From contig DAHVCH010000002.1 in the NCBI GenBank assembly GCA_027314165.1, positions 103,716 through 167,715 on the forward strand: a stretch of DNA of 64,000 bases. Direction: 5' to 3'. The stretch is from Thermoplasmata archaeon (GTDB lineage Archaea > Thermoplasmatota > Thermoplasmata > Lutacidiplasmatales > UBA184). The position numbers were made by a program, and so were the translations under genes. Of the stretch, positions 45,515-55,409 are shown piece by piece. Position 1 is the stretch's first letter; every line of letters starts with the position of its first letter. The notes beneath the pieces are model-generated. The model did not search any database. It saw only the letters and a list, made by a program, of their open reading frames with translations, and was not told the DNA's origin.

Positions 45515-46807
45515 TCAGGGGCCCTTCAGGGGTCTGCCACAGGCGACACAGGAGGCGAACGACATCGGGTTCGGCCTGCGACAGTTCGGGCAGAGGACGA
45601 GCCCGGGCGGAAGGCCGTTGGACGGCCCCGGTGCCCCTCCCGAGGGGGGGGTCCCCGCACCGCTCCCTGCGCGGGCGGTCGCCGCGGCGTGGGCGGCCAT
45701 GGCGGCCTTCATCCTGGCCTCGAACATCGCACGGGCCTCCGGAGGCATCCTCGCGAGCGCCTCGGGAGGGATCCCCGGGGGCATCCCGGGCGGCATGCCT
45801 CCCACGGCGCCGGGAGCCGACCCTTGGGGGCCGGCCGCGAACGACGGTGGCATCCCTCCGTATCCCCTCGCGTCGAAGGCGATGGACCGCACGCCGAGGC
45901 CCGCCTCCGCGAGCCAGGAACGCAGGAGGGTCTCGAGCTTGCCGTGGTCCCCTAGGGTGGGAGCGTCCAACCCCTGGAGCTTCGTCTGAACGACGCTGCT
46001 GAGCAGCTGCTGGGGCTGGGGAGCGGAGCTCTCCAGGACCTTCACCGCGGGGGTCGCGGCGAGCTTCGAGGGCTCCGCGATCCAGAACCGGACCGTGGCG
46101 GAGAACATCGGCGGAGGGACGGGGGGAGGACGCGCGGAGTGCTGGACCTTGCCCTCGAGGTCGCCCAGGTAGCAGAACAGCGGCGTCGCCGCGAGGCTGT
46201 ACCGCGCGGTGCCCGGAGCCGGGCGGCGCGAGGCCGCGGCCGCCTTCGGAGCGGTCGTCGCGGAGAGGACATGCTCTCCCGCCGGGAAGACTTCCAGCGG
46301 CTGGCCGTTGCTGTCGACAAGGATGGCGGCCGCCCCTTGGGGCACTTGGAGCCGTGACCCCGCCGCCAGGGCCGTCACGGGCAGACGCGCGACCCACTTC
46401 GAAGGGTCGAGCGCGGGGCCCGCAAGGACCGGGTTGACCGCGAGGAAGACCTCCCCAGGGTCGCGATACGTTCCCTCCGGCAGGTGGGTCTCCAGCCAGC
46501 GCGGGTCATCCAGAGTGGCGTCGCTGTCCGAGAGGATATCCTCCATCCTCTCCTTCCACGCGCCGAGGAGCTGGGCCCGGGTCGCCGGGTACCTCTCGAA
46601 CCCCGGGCTCTCGGACCCCTGCCCGCCGAGGAAGTCCGAGACCCAGTCGGGCGCGCCGACGACCCCCATCCCCCACCACCAGTCGAGGCAGGGGTGTCCG
46701 CACGTCGGACACTGCGCGGGGCCCTGGAGCGAGCAGGCGCAGCCCGACCCCTTCGCCGAGCAGACCGGGTGGCGGCATTCGGGATCGGAGGCGCAGTGTT
46801 CGCACAT
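45515..46807 (-). CDS. Cys-rich protein with C-terminal zinc ribbon, possibly an SPFH/band-7-like core (COG4260-like architecture)
   Basis: The first 40 aa hold 11 Cys (CEHC..C....C.....CAC......CPTC..PC). The central region has RLQVPQGAAAILVDSNGQPLEVFPAGEHVL. A GMPPGMPPGIPP repeat follows, and the C-terminus carries CPNC...CVACG. Confidence 0.6.
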   Translation of the reverse strand: MCEHCASDPECRHPVCSAKGSGCACSLQGPAQCPTCGHPCLDWWWGMGVVGAPDWVSDFLGGQGSESPGFERYPATRAQLLGAWKERMEDILSDSDATLDDPRWLETHLPEGTYRDPGEVFLAVNPVLAGPALDPSKWVARLPVTALAAGSRLQVPQGAAAILVDSNGQPLEVFPAGEHVLSATTAPKAAAASRRPAPGTARYSLAATPLFCYLGDLEGKVQHSARPPPVPPPMFSATVRFWIAEPSKLAATPAVKVLESSAPQPQQLLSSVVQTKLQGLDAPTLGDHGKLETLLRSWLAEAGLGVRSIAFDARGYGGMPPSFAAGPQGSAPGAVGGMPPGMPPGIPPEALARMPPEARAMFEARMKAAMAAHAAATARAGSGAGTPPSGGAPGPSNGLPPGLVLCPNCRRPNPMSFASCVACGRPLKGP

Positions 46808-46958
46808 GAGCGAGGGTGCTCCTTTCGCGGCCCGGGACGGGTCGCAGCGGCCGGGGGAAGTTGTTCAGCGGTTAATCGTTCGCTGGAGGCCCCGGCGCTC
46901 GGTCTGCGCCGGGCCCCGCCCGAGACGGGAGCGGGGGCGACACGCCGCGCTGGGCGGC

Positions 46959-49900
46959 TCACTCGGAGTACCGGATCGCTTCCGCCGGAGGGATCCGCGA
47001 CGCGCGGAAGGAGGGCATCCCGGTCGCGACCAGCGTCAGCGCGTAGCTCGTCCCAAGGACGAAGGCGAGGTTCGCCCAAGGGATCGAGAACGCGAAGAAC
47101 CCTCCCACCGCCTCGTTCAGGTTGTAGGCCAGGACGAGCCCCATCACCGCTCCGATCCCGATGCCCATGAGGGCCAGGAAGGAGTACTCCGTGAGGAACA
47201 CGGCCAGCACCTGCGAGCGCCGGAACCCCACCGCCCGGATGACCCCGATCTGCGTCCTCCGCTCCACCACCGCACGAAGGGCCAGGATCCCCAGCGACGT
47301 GATCCCGACGATGAGCCCCAGGGCCACGAAGACCTCGAGGAGGTCGATGAACGCGTTGGTGAACTGCAGCGTGGTCGACAGGATCTGCGCGAAATCGAAG
47401 ACCTCAAGGTTGTCGGCGAAGAAGTGGGTCTGGAAGGTCTGGATCACCGTCCGCGAGTCGACCCCCGGAGCTCCCGTCAGAAGGAAAAGCTGCTGGGTGG
47501 AGAAATGGAAGGTGCCGGTCAGCAGCGCAGGGCTCACCAGCACGGCCTGGAGGACCTGCTCGGAGAGGACCCCGATGACCTCCACGGTGGACGTTCCTCC
47601 GAAGAGCCCCTCGATCGTGACCCGGTCACCGGGCCGGACCCCCGCGTGACCGGAGCCTCCTTGGATGGCCGCGGCGAGCGCGTTCGTCTGGAAGCTCCCG
47701 TCCACGACGGCGACGCTGGTGTTGGTCTCGAGCGCCTGCCAGATCTGCGAGGGCGACCAACCGGGCAGGGTGGCGGAGAAACTGAACTGGTTCGTCGAGT
47801 AGAAGTCCTGCCAGGCCGGGGTCCCGTCCTGCGGGGTGGGGGCGGCGGCGAGCCCGTAGCCGAAGCAGGCCCGGGAGGAGGAGCACGATTGGGACGGGAG
47901 CGGATTGACCATGCCCATCCCCGAGTAGAACGAGACAAGCGTCGAGACCTCCCCTCGCAGTGTCGAGTTGTTCTGGACCTGGGAGGCGAGGTCGGTGATC
48001 GGCGTGGGGGAGACGCCGTAGAACTGGTACCCCCCCGACTCGGTATGGATGGAGTTCGACACCCCGGAGGAGATCCCGTTCCCTATGGCGGCAATGGCCG
48101 TGATCGTGAAGAGGACCATGGCGAAGATGCTGATGGTCATGGCCGAACGGAACCGTCGTTGGGACGGGTAGGAGAACGCGAGACGGACGACCGGGAGGTT
48201 CCTCGAACCGCTCCGGGAGAGCCTCGTGAGCGCCTGGACGATGAGGTCGGAGTTGAACACGTAGAGGATGACCGCGGCGAGGATCAGGAAGACCCCCATC
48301 TGGAAGAACACGAAGATCGTCCCCGAGTGCGTGCCCGGGAACAGTTCGTTCCGAAGCTGGAGGTCGCCCCAGAACACCAGGAGGCCGAGCGCGGAGGCGG
48401 AGAACGTCCAGCGCAGCGGCACCCGGTAGGCGGCGATGAGCCCGACCGCGAGGATGAGGAGGCTCGCTCCCAGGAATCCCACGTCGATGTCCGTCCCCGA
48501 CTTGTGTCCCACCTCGTACAGGGCCGCGCCCAGGAGGAGCAGCAGGACCCCGGAGCCGAGCAGGGCACGGCGGGAGCGCTCCTTGTGGATCAACTCCGGC
48601 TGGCTGCGGATCGCGCGGACGATGTTCATCCGGCTGACGTAGGCCGAGGTCACGCTCACGGTGACGAGCGTGAGCAGGAAACCGGCGGAGTAGGCGAGGG
48701 CGAGGCTCCTGGGGGTGAAGGTGAAGGAGTCGACGATGGCGGAGGCGGCGACCCCGCCGCCGCTCCCGAACAGGCTCGCGAAGAGCTGGATGATGCCCCA
48801 TCCGACCAGGACCCCTAGGAACGTCCCGAGGAGGGCGGAACCCGCGGAGTAGGCGAGTCCCTCGAAGTAGTAGGCCCGGATGAGCTGGCCTCGACGCATC
48901 CCGACGGCCCGCGCCACCCCCATCTCGCCGCGCCGCTCCTCCGCGAGCATCGCGAAGATGCCCACGATCAGGACGCAGCCCGCCCCGATCGAGAAGAGCC
49001 CCAGGACGAGGAAGAGCTGGGTCAAGGACTGGGCGTTGGCCTCTGCCGTAAGGAGGTCGGAGAGGAGAACGGAATGGACCTCGAGGCCTCTCGGCGGAGT
49101 TCCCCCGGCCCTCTGGTCCGCGAGGACGGAGGCGCTCTTCGAGCTGTTGAGCGGCCCCCAGACCTGGTTCGTATGGGCGGTCCCTCCCACGAGCCCTCCC
49201 GTGTTCGTCACGGCGATGTAGTTGATCGGCTGGGTGGCGTAGGCGGAGCAAATCCCTCCGCACAGCGCCTGAGCGTCCGAGAGCGAGAGGAAGACGTCGC
49301 CCATGCCGGAGTCCTGGAACCCGCCGCGCGTGTCGGACTTGACCAGGGAGAGCACCGAGAAGTTGACCGGGACCTGCGCCGCTCCGCTCAGGGAGACCTT
49401 GTCGCCCACCTGCGCGGAGAGCTCGGTCGCCGCCGCCGCGTTGAGCAGGATCTTCCCTGGAGAGGGACCGCTCACGGGGGCGCCGGTCGTGGAGGTGAAG
49501 CTCCCGAGGTTCGAGCTCGCCCAGGCGTCGACCCCGATGAGCGTGAGGCCAGGCTGCGCGACGTTCTGGGTCCGGTCGTAGGCCGACCCCGTCGTGATGA
49601 GCATCGGGGTGAGCCCCTGGACGTTAGGGACGCGCGCGGCCGTCGTGTTCATGGACGAGAAGATGGCCATGTCGAACGTGCTGTAGCTGACCGAGGTCCC
49701 CCCGACCCCTCCCTGCGGGGCGGGGGCGTAGACCGCCTCGTCCACGGCCCCGTCCGCGATGTAGGTGAAGTGGACCGAGAGGTTGTCCACCGTGTCGCCG
49801 ATCACCAGGCTCGAGGAGATGATCGCGCTGCCGATCAGCAGCCCGAAGAGGAGCACCAGCGTCCGGGTCCTCGCGCGGGTGACGTTCCGAAGGCCGATCT

Positions 49901-50219
49901 TCGCGATGACCCGGTCCTTGAGCCCCAGGGCGAGGGAGAAGAGCGCGACGGCGATGACCATCAGGACGAGGAGCCCCACCAGGGGGTCGCCCACCCCGAG
50001 CGCGGTGAGCCCCGCGCTCGCCTGGGAAAGGCCCTGGGGCGTCCCCAGCCACAAGGAGGTCCCGATGAGAAGGAGGCCGAGCGTGACGCCGGTCAACAGG
50101 ACCTGGTTCGACAGGCGCTGTCGCCGGAGCTTCTCCGAGGCGGAGGAGCCCGGCAGGTCGGTCAGAGGAGCCGGTCGAGAGGCCGGCCCCTTCGATCTAC
50201 TCCCCGATGATCCGGCCAT
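46959..50219 (-). CDS. ABC transporter permease, duplicated FtsX/MacB-type (about 10 TM with large extracytoplasmic domains)
   Basis: Two FtsX-domain signatures ([22 protein letters not shown]; [21 protein letters not shown]), each after a large Ser/Thr/Gly-rich loop. ATG at 50219. Confidence 0.9.
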   Translation of the reverse strand: MAGSSGSRSKGPASRPAPLTDLPGSSASEKLRRQRLSNQVLLTGVTLGLLLIGTSLWLGTPQGLSQASAGLTALGVGDPLVGLLVLMVIAVALFSLALGLKDRVIAKIGLRNVTRARTRTLVLLFGLLIGSAIISSSLVIGDTVDNLSVHFTYIADGAVDEAVYAPAPQGGVGGTSVSYSTFDMAIFSSMNTTAARVPNVQGLTPMLITTGSAYDRTQNVAQPGLTLIGVDAWASSNLGSFTSTTGAPVSGPSPGKILLNAAAATELSAQVGDKVSLSGAAQVPVNFSVLSLVKSDTRGGFQDSGMGDVFLSLSDAQALCGGICSAYATQPINYIAVTNTGGLVGGTAHTNQVWGPLNSSKSASVLADQRAGGTPPRGLEVHSVLLSDLLTAEANAQSLTQLFLVLGLFSIGAGCVLIVGIFAMLAEERRGEMGVARAVGMRRGQLIRAYYFEGLAYSAGSALLGTFLGVLVGWGIIQLFASLFGSGGGVAASAIVDSFTFTPRSLALAYSAGFLLTLVTVSVTSAYVSRMNIVRAIRSQPELIHKERSRRALLGSGVLLLLLGAALYEVGHKSGTDIDVGFLGASLLILAVGLIAAYRVPLRWTFSASALGLLVFWGDLQLRNELFPGTHSGTIFVFFQMGVFLILAAVILYVFNSDLIVQALTRLSRSGSRNLPVVRLAFSYPSQRRFRSAMTISIFAMVLFTITAIAAIGNGISSGVSNSIHTESGGYQFYGVSPTPITDLASQVQNNSTLRGEVSTLVSFYSGMGMVNPLPSQSCSSSRACFGYGLAAAPTPQDGTPAWQDFYSTNQFSFSATLPGWSPSQIWQALETNTSVAVVDGSFQTNALAAAIQGGSGHAGVRPGDRVTIEGLFGGTSTVEVIGVLSEQVLQAVLVSPALLTGTFHFSTQQLFLLTGAPGVDSRTVIQTFQTHFFADNLEVFDFAQILSTTLQFTNAFIDLLEVFVALGLIVGITSLGILALRAVVERRTQIGVIRAVGFRRSQVLAVFLTEYSFLALMGIGIGAVMGLVLAYNLNEAVGGFFAFSIPWANLAFVLGTSYALTLVATGMPSFRASRIPPAEAIRYSE

Positions 50220-50880
50220 CCCGCATCCTCATCGTCCGGTCGCAGCCCGCGGCGACGGCCGGGTCGTGCGTGACCACGACGAAGGTCTGATGGTGCTCCC
50301 GGTTCAGGTCCCGCAAGAGCTCCATCACGGCGTGACTGTTCTCCTCGTCGAGGTTGCCGGTGGGCTCGTCGGCCCACACGATCGCCGGACGGTTCGCGAG
50401 CGCGCGCGCGAGCGTGACCCGCTGCTGCTCCCCACCGGAGAGCGCGCTGGGCCGATGGAGCTCCCGGCCTTTGAGCCCGAGCTCTTTCAGCCAGAGCACC
50501 GCCCGTTGCCGCGCCTCCTTGGGCGGGACGCCGGCCACGAGCAGGGGGAGCTCGACGTTCTCCTGCGCGGTCAGGACCGGCAGCAGGTTGTAGGCCTGGA
50601 AGACGAACCCCATCCGGAGCGCCCGGTACTCGCTGCGGGCGTTGTCGGAGAGGTTCTTGAGGTCCCGACCTTCGATCCGGATGGTCCCCCGGCTGATGTC
50701 GTCCAGGCCGGAGAAGCAGTTGAGGAACGTGGTCTTCCCGCAGCCGGACGGGCCCATGACCGCGACCATCTCGCCCTTCCGGATGTTGACATCGATCCCC
50801 TTGAGCGCGGGGACCTCGCCGGCCTCGGAGGCGTAGATCTTCCAGACCTTCTGGCCCTCGACAACGACGGGAGCGGGCAT
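50197..50880 (-). CDS. ABC transporter ATP-binding protein (MacB/LolD-like)
   Basis: Walker [11 protein letters not shown]-loop, signature LSGGEQQRV, Walker [14 protein letters not shown]-loop VTHD. ATG at 50880. It overlaps the permease start by 23 nt. Confidence 0.95.
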   Translation of the reverse strand: MPAPVVVEGQKVWKIYASEAGEVPALKGIDVNIRKGEMVAVMGPSGCGKTTFLNCFSGLDDISRGTIRIEGRDLKNLSDNARSEYRALRMGFVFQAYNLLPVLTAQENVELPLLVAGVPPKEARQRAVLWLKELGLKGRELHRPSALSGGEQQRVTLARALANRPAIVWADEPTGNLDEENSHAVMELLRDLNREHHQTFVVVTHDPAVAAGCDRTMRMRDGRIIGE

Positions 50881-50966
50881 TCGAGCGAGCGAGCAGGGTG
50901 GGTGGGGCGGATAAGCTTGGCCGGCGCGCGTCGTGGGCCGGCCCCCGACCGCTCGGGGAGCGACGC

Positions 50967-52082
50967 TCACCTCCCCGGGAGCTCTCGCTTGCGAGGCGGG
51001 CGTCGACCGTCCCTTCCGTGCTCGAGGCCCAGGCTGATGACCGTCAGCCCGTCGACCGTGGGGGCGCTCACCGACCGGCCGCGGTCGCGGACCCGGGGGT
51101 CGGCTCGAGCCCGCGGACCGAACCGGCCGAGGTCGGTGACCGGGAGCCGATGCCTCTCGAGAGCATGCACGACGGCGGCGACCTGTTTGGAGTGGACGGC
51201 GAGCAGGAGGGAGCCTTGGCCCATGGAGGTCAGGGGGTCCGCGCCGAACCGGGTACAGAGCTCCCCCACCTCGGGCTCCACCGGCACCTGAGAGAGATCG
51301 ACCTCGAGGTCCAGACGGGAGGCGCTGGACATCTCGACCAGCGCCCCGACGATGCCTCCCTCGGCCACGTCGTGCATCGCCGAGACCCCGCGGGGGCCCA
51401 GGCCGGCCACGCGGGCCGCGGTGAGCGCCTCCGGGGAGCTCGAGAGCTCCTCGAGCCGGCGGCGCAGGCTTCGGGTCGTGTAGATCCCGAGCAGCTCCTC
51501 GGTCTCGTGAGGGTGGAGGTGGGCCACGGTGACCGCCGTCTCGAGAGCGGCGGTACGGGTGAGGAGCACCCTGGACCCCGGGCAGGCGTCGGCGCTCGTG
51601 ACGAACGCTCCCGGCTTCGCCACCGCGAAGAGCGTCGCGCCCCCGACCATGGGGAAGCTCACGCCGGGGTAACGCCCGGTGTGCCCCGCGACCACCGCGG
51701 TCCCGAACTTGCGGCACTCGTCATGGAGCGCCCGCAGGACGGTCTCCATGTCGCGTTCGGACATCTCCACCGGGAGGTTCCAATCGACACTGAGGTACTG
51801 GGGCGCGACCCCGGTCGTGGTCAGGTCGTTCGAGAGCACGTGGAAGGCGTACCGGGCCGCCCCCTCCCACCCGAAGGAGGGGATGAGACAGAGGGGGTCG
51901 GTCGTCAGGAGCAACGAGCGCTGCCGAGATAGCCGGATCACCCCGACGTCGACCCCGTGCCGGGGGCCCACCTTCACTTCCCGTCGCGGGGCCCCGAGCG
52001 AACGGGCGATGCTCTGGAGGAAGAACCGGTGGGACACCTTTCCGGAGGCCCTTGCGGAGGCCTTCGGGCTCGTGGAGGACAA
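50967..52082 (-). CDS. AIR synthase-related protein (PurM/HypE/ThiL superfamily)
   Basis: GVDVGVI...[27 protein letters not shown], and [13 protein letters not shown] follow the N- and C-domain patterns of the PurM-like fold. Start is TTG 52082 or GTG 52037. Confidence 0.75.
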   Translation of the reverse strand: MSSTSPKASARASGKVSHRFFLQSIARSLGAPRREVKVGPRHGVDVGVIRLSRQRSLLLTTDPLCLIPSFGWEGAARYAFHVLSNDLTTTGVAPQYLSVDWNLPVEMSERDMETVLRALHDECRKFGTAVVAGHTGRYPGVSFPMVGGATLFAVAKPGAFVTSADACPGSRVLLTRTAALETAVTVAHLHPHETEELLGIYTTRSLRRRLEELSSSPEALTAARVAGLGPRGVSAMHDVAEGGIVGALVEMSSASRLDLEVDLSQVPVEPEVGELCTRFGADPLTSMGQGSLLLAVHSKQVAAVVHALERHRLPVTDLGRFGPRARADPRVRDRGRSVSAPTVDGLTVISLGLEHGRDGRRPPRKRELPGR

Positions 52083-52104
52083 GGCCGGAGGAAGGAGGCG
52101 ACCT

Positions 52105-52491
52105 TTAGATCCGTTCGGCGAGCCTGGACGAGGACCGGGCGGCTCCAAGGAAGTCCGGCTCGGAGACGGGGCTCTTGAGCGCGAAGTCGTTCCAGCGTCC
52201 CTTCCCGATGTAGGCGCGGATCTCTTCCGCCTTGACGACGACCCCGACACGGCCTTGGAAGCCCTGAGCCCGCCGCTCGTGGACCCACACGCCAGATTGC
52301 GCGAGGTCCTGGGGCCTCACGAGCACCAGCGTGCAGCCCGGCTGCGCCGCCAGGTGAGGCAACGCGTCCGTGAGCTGAGGAACGGAAGCCAGGACCCCAA
52401 CGTTGTTCCGGGCCAGGTAGAGCTTCAACAGTTCGCGCTCCCCGTCAGGTCCTCCCACGAGCAGCAATGGGGGCGTGTCCGCAGCGGTCAT
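52105..52491 (-). CDS. hypothetical protein, CheY-like receiver-fold candidate lacking the acidic pocket
   Basis: 128 aa. The beta-alpha pattern PLLLVGGPDGERELLKLYL...CTLVLVRPQDL...VGVVVKAEE resembles a receiver domain, but DD is replaced by GG and the phospho-acceptor Asp by Arg. The ATG overlaps the upstream ATPase stop (ATGA). Confidence 0.45.
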   Translation of the reverse strand: MTAADTPPLLLVGGPDGERELLKLYLARNNVGVLASVPQLTDALPHLAAQPGCTLVLVRPQDLAQSGVWVHERRAQGFQGRVGVVVKAEEIRAYIGKGRWNDFALKSPVSEPDFLGAARSSSRLAERI

Positions 52492-53606
52492 GGTCCTCCA
52501 GACTCCCCCGACGCGAACCCCCTCTTGAAGCCATTGGGAGGGAGGTCCTGAGGGAGTTCGACGGTCCGCTCGAAGCGGAGGTGGACCTTCGTTCCGACCG
52601 CAGGGGTCCCTGCCCCGGCGCCTCCGCGCGGAAGCAGGAGCTCGAGCAACGGCGACTCCTCTCTTCCCGCACCCAGGGGTCCGGCGGGTGTCGAGAGTCG
52701 GACGAACATCCGGATCTGAGAGCCGGTCTCGCCCCGGGACTCCACGACCCCCTCCAGGGCGCCCGAGGCACCGGGGTCGCACAGCCGCACCTCCTCCGGG
52801 AGGACCGCGACGGTGCCGTGGTGTGAGGCGGGTTTCGGAAGGACGTTGTAGCCGAGGAACCACGCAACGAACGGGTCGCTCGGTCGGTCGAAGACCTCCT
52901 CCGCGGGTCCCTCCTGGACCCAACGGCCCTCTCGAAGAAGGGCCATCCGCTGCGCGAGGAAGAACCCCTCGTCGAAGTCGTGGGTGACGTAGATCGCCGG
53001 GGTCCCGGCGGCCCGGAGGTAACCCTTGATCTCGCCGCGCAGCTCGCGAGCGTGCCGCGGGTCGGCCGAGGAGAGCGGTTCGTCAAGGAGCAGCAGGGAA
53101 GGCCGAGGCGCGAGAGCACGGGCGAGCGCGACGCGCTGCCGTTCCCCGCCCGAGATCTCCGAAGGGAGCCGTTCGGCGAGGAAGGAGAGGTGGAAGTCGC
53201 GCAGGAGCTCCTCTCCCCGCTTCTCGGCCTCCTGTCGCGACCACCGCTGGACGACGAGCCCGTAGGTGAGGTTGTCCCAGACCGTCTTCCCGGGGAAGAG
53301 CGCCAGGTCCTGGAAGACCATCCCCACGCTCCGACGGTGGGGCGGAAGGTCGGTGATGTCCCTCCCCGCGAGCCGGATGCGGCCGCGCTCGACGGGCTCC
53401 AATCCCGCGAGCAGTCGCAGGAGGGTGGACTTTCCCGAGCCGTTCGGGCCCAGCACGACGAGCGTCTCCCCCTTCCCCACGCTGAGGTCGATCGGTCCCA
53501 GACGGAACTCGGGGTAGCGGGCGACCAGTCCCCGAACCTCGAGATACCCGGGGGCGTCTCGCTCCCGCTCCCCGTCCCCCTCCCTCTCACCCTCGCCCAT
53601 GTCCAC
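52488..53606 (-). CDS. ABC transporter ATP-binding protein (PotA/FbpC/ThiQ-type importer ATPase with C-terminal regulatory domain)
   Basis: Walker A GPNGSGKST, signature ISGGERQRVALARAL, Walker B LLLDEPLSSAD, H-loop YVTHD. The start is GTG 53606 or ATG 53600. Confidence 0.92.
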   Translation of the reverse strand: MDMGEGEREGDGERERDAPGYLEVRGLVARYPEFRLGPIDLSVGKGETLVVLGPNGSGKSTLLRLLAGLEPVERGRIRLAGRDITDLPPHRRSVGMVFQDLALFPGKTVWDNLTYGLVVQRWSRQEAEKRGEELLRDFHLSFLAERLPSEISGGERQRVALARALAPRPSLLLLDEPLSSADPRHARELRGEIKGYLRAAGTPAIYVTHDFDEGFFLAQRMALLREGRWVQEGPAEEVFDRPSDPFVAWFLGYNVLPKPASHHGTVAVLPEEVRLCDPGASGALEGVVESRGETGSQIRMFVRLSTPAGPLGAGREESPLLELLLPRGGAGAGTPAVGTKVHLRFERTVELPQDLPPNGFKRGFASGESGGP

Positions 53607-55386
53607 GACGGCCCACCCCCAGGATGATGTAGAACGCGGCCAGGCTGATCACGACCAGGAGGGCTCCGATGGCCGCGGCCGCCCCGGGAGCCGTCGCGGA
53701 GAAGTGGTTGAGACCCAGGACGTACATCTCGACCACGAGCGTCGTGTAGGCCGGGGTATAGAGGAAGTTCGTCGCAGTGAACTCTCCCAGGGACAGTGCG
53801 AAGGCGAACAGCGCGCCGGCGATCAAGGCCTCCTTCGCCATGGGCACGTCCGCGTCCAGGAAGGCACGGAAGCGGCGAGCTCCCAGCGTCTGCGCGGCCT
53901 CTCGGGGATATCGAGAATGGGAGCGGAGCGCGAGCGAGATCGTCTCGAGGACGAACGGGAGCGCGAGCCCGGCCTGGGCCCCCACGATAAGGACCCAGAG
54001 GAACGCCGGGACGTACAGCGTCCCGTAGTAGAACAGCCAGAGGGCGAGCGCCAGGATGACGGGAGAGACGAGCATCGGGACGAAGCTCATGAGGTCGACC
54101 AGGGACCCCACGTGCGGGTGCCGTAGCCTCGCGTAGCCCGCCGCGAGGGCCACGAGCAGCAGCAGCAGCGTCACCACCACCGCGAAGAACACCGTGTTGA
54201 GGATCGCCCCCACGGTGGAGGTCCCTCCGAGGGCTTGCGTGGTCCGGGGAGAGAACAGGAGGAGCCAGTTCCCGGTGCCCAGGCGGGCGGAGGTGAGCGT
54301 CGTTCCGCTCGAGACAACGAAGGAACCCACGAGCACCGAGGCGATCATCACCGCGACGAACCCCACCAGCGCGGCGCTCGCGGCGAGGAAGGGGAGCGCG
54401 CGCCAGGAACGCGCTCCGAGCCGGACCGTTCGCACCGGGCGCGGCGTCCCCCCGAAGAGCCGCGCATGGCGGGCGAGGAGGACGTAGAGTAGGCTCGGTC
54501 CGAGCAGGAAGAGCACCGTCCACAGGGAGACGGCGACGGCGAGGTCGGGGCTGACGACCGTCGACCGGAGCTGGAAGAGCGAGTAGATCCAGTCCTCGAT
54601 GGTCCAGTTCGAGTACTGTCCCAGGATGAGCGGGGGTGCGAAGCTCAGGAAGCTGAACAGGAACGTGAGCAGGGCCCCCGTCGCCCCGCCCACGAGGGCG
54701 TGCTTTCCCCACGCGTCGCGGAACGCGCGCCAGGGCCCCCCCCCGAGCGTCGCCACGGCCTCCTCGATCGCGGGCGAGCTCTGACCGATCCCCGCCACGG
54801 TGAAGAGCGCGACCATCGGGGTGTTGTAGAACACGTTCACGGTGAGGATCCCGGGGAGACCGGAGCCGAGCGCGCCGAGCACCGGCCAGAGGGAGGAGAG
54901 GAAGCCGGTGCACGCGCCCTGAGCGGGGCAGGTGAAGAGTTCCTGCACGCCCAGCACCACGACGAGGACGGGCAGCAGGAAGGGGACCAGGAGGAACGCC
55001 AGCAGGAGATCGCGTCCGGGGAACCGGTTCCGCGCCAGGAAGACCCCCACGGGGACTCCCCATAGCGAGGCGAGCCCCGCGCTGAGCACCCCCTGCTCCA
55101 GAGAGTTCCCGAGCGCCTCCCGGGTGGCGCGCCCGAGGACGTTGTTCGAGCGCAGGAGGAAGATCACTCCCCGGACGCCGTGCCCGAACGTCCAGGCCTG
55201 CGAGAAGACGTCCAGAAGGGGGAGGAGGGAGAAGAGCAGGACGAACGCGACGGCGGGCAGGAGCCATGGGAGGTCCTCCAGCCAGGTCCGCCACCGGCGG
55301 AACGTCCCGCGCGAGGGCATCCGGCCACCGAACCCGGCCTCCGGCCCTCCCGGCGAGGGGCTGGCGGGGGGCTTGGAGGACGCCAT
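53587..55386 (-). CDS. ABC importer permease, duplicated BPD-type (ThiP/FbpB-like, about 12 TM)
   Basis: Two tandem 6-TM modules, each with an EAA-like loop (EEAVATLGGGPWRAF; EAAQTLGARRFRAF). ATG at 55386 is 23 nt after the binding-protein stop (alternative ATG at 55320). Confidence 0.88.
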   Translation of the reverse strand: MASSKPPASPSPGGPEAGFGGRMPSRGTFRRWRTWLEDLPWLLPAVAFVLLFSLLPLLDVFSQAWTFGHGVRGVIFLLRSNNVLGRATREALGNSLEQGVLSAGLASLWGVPVGVFLARNRFPGRDLLLAFLLVPFLLPVLVVVLGVQELFTCPAQGACTGFLSSLWPVLGALGSGLPGILTVNVFYNTPMVALFTVAGIGQSSPAIEEAVATLGGGPWRAFRDAWGKHALVGGATGALLTFLFSFLSFAPPLILGQYSNWTIEDWIYSLFQLRSTVVSPDLAVAVSLWTVLFLLGPSLLYVLLARHARLFGGTPRPVRTVRLGARSWRALPFLAASAALVGFVAVMIASVLVGSFVVSSGTTLTSARLGTGNWLLLFSPRTTQALGGTSTVGAILNTVFFAVVVTLLLLLVALAAGYARLRHPHVGSLVDLMSFVPMLVSPVILALALWLFYYGTLYVPAFLWVLIVGAQAGLALPFVLETISLALRSHSRYPREAAQTLGARRFRAFLDADVPMAKEALIAGALFAFALSLGEFTATNFLYTPAYTTLVVEMYVLGLNHFSATAPGAAAAIGALLVVISLAAFYIILGVGRRGHGRG

Positions 55387-55409
55387 CGCGACCGGGCTCC
55401 CTGCTCCGC

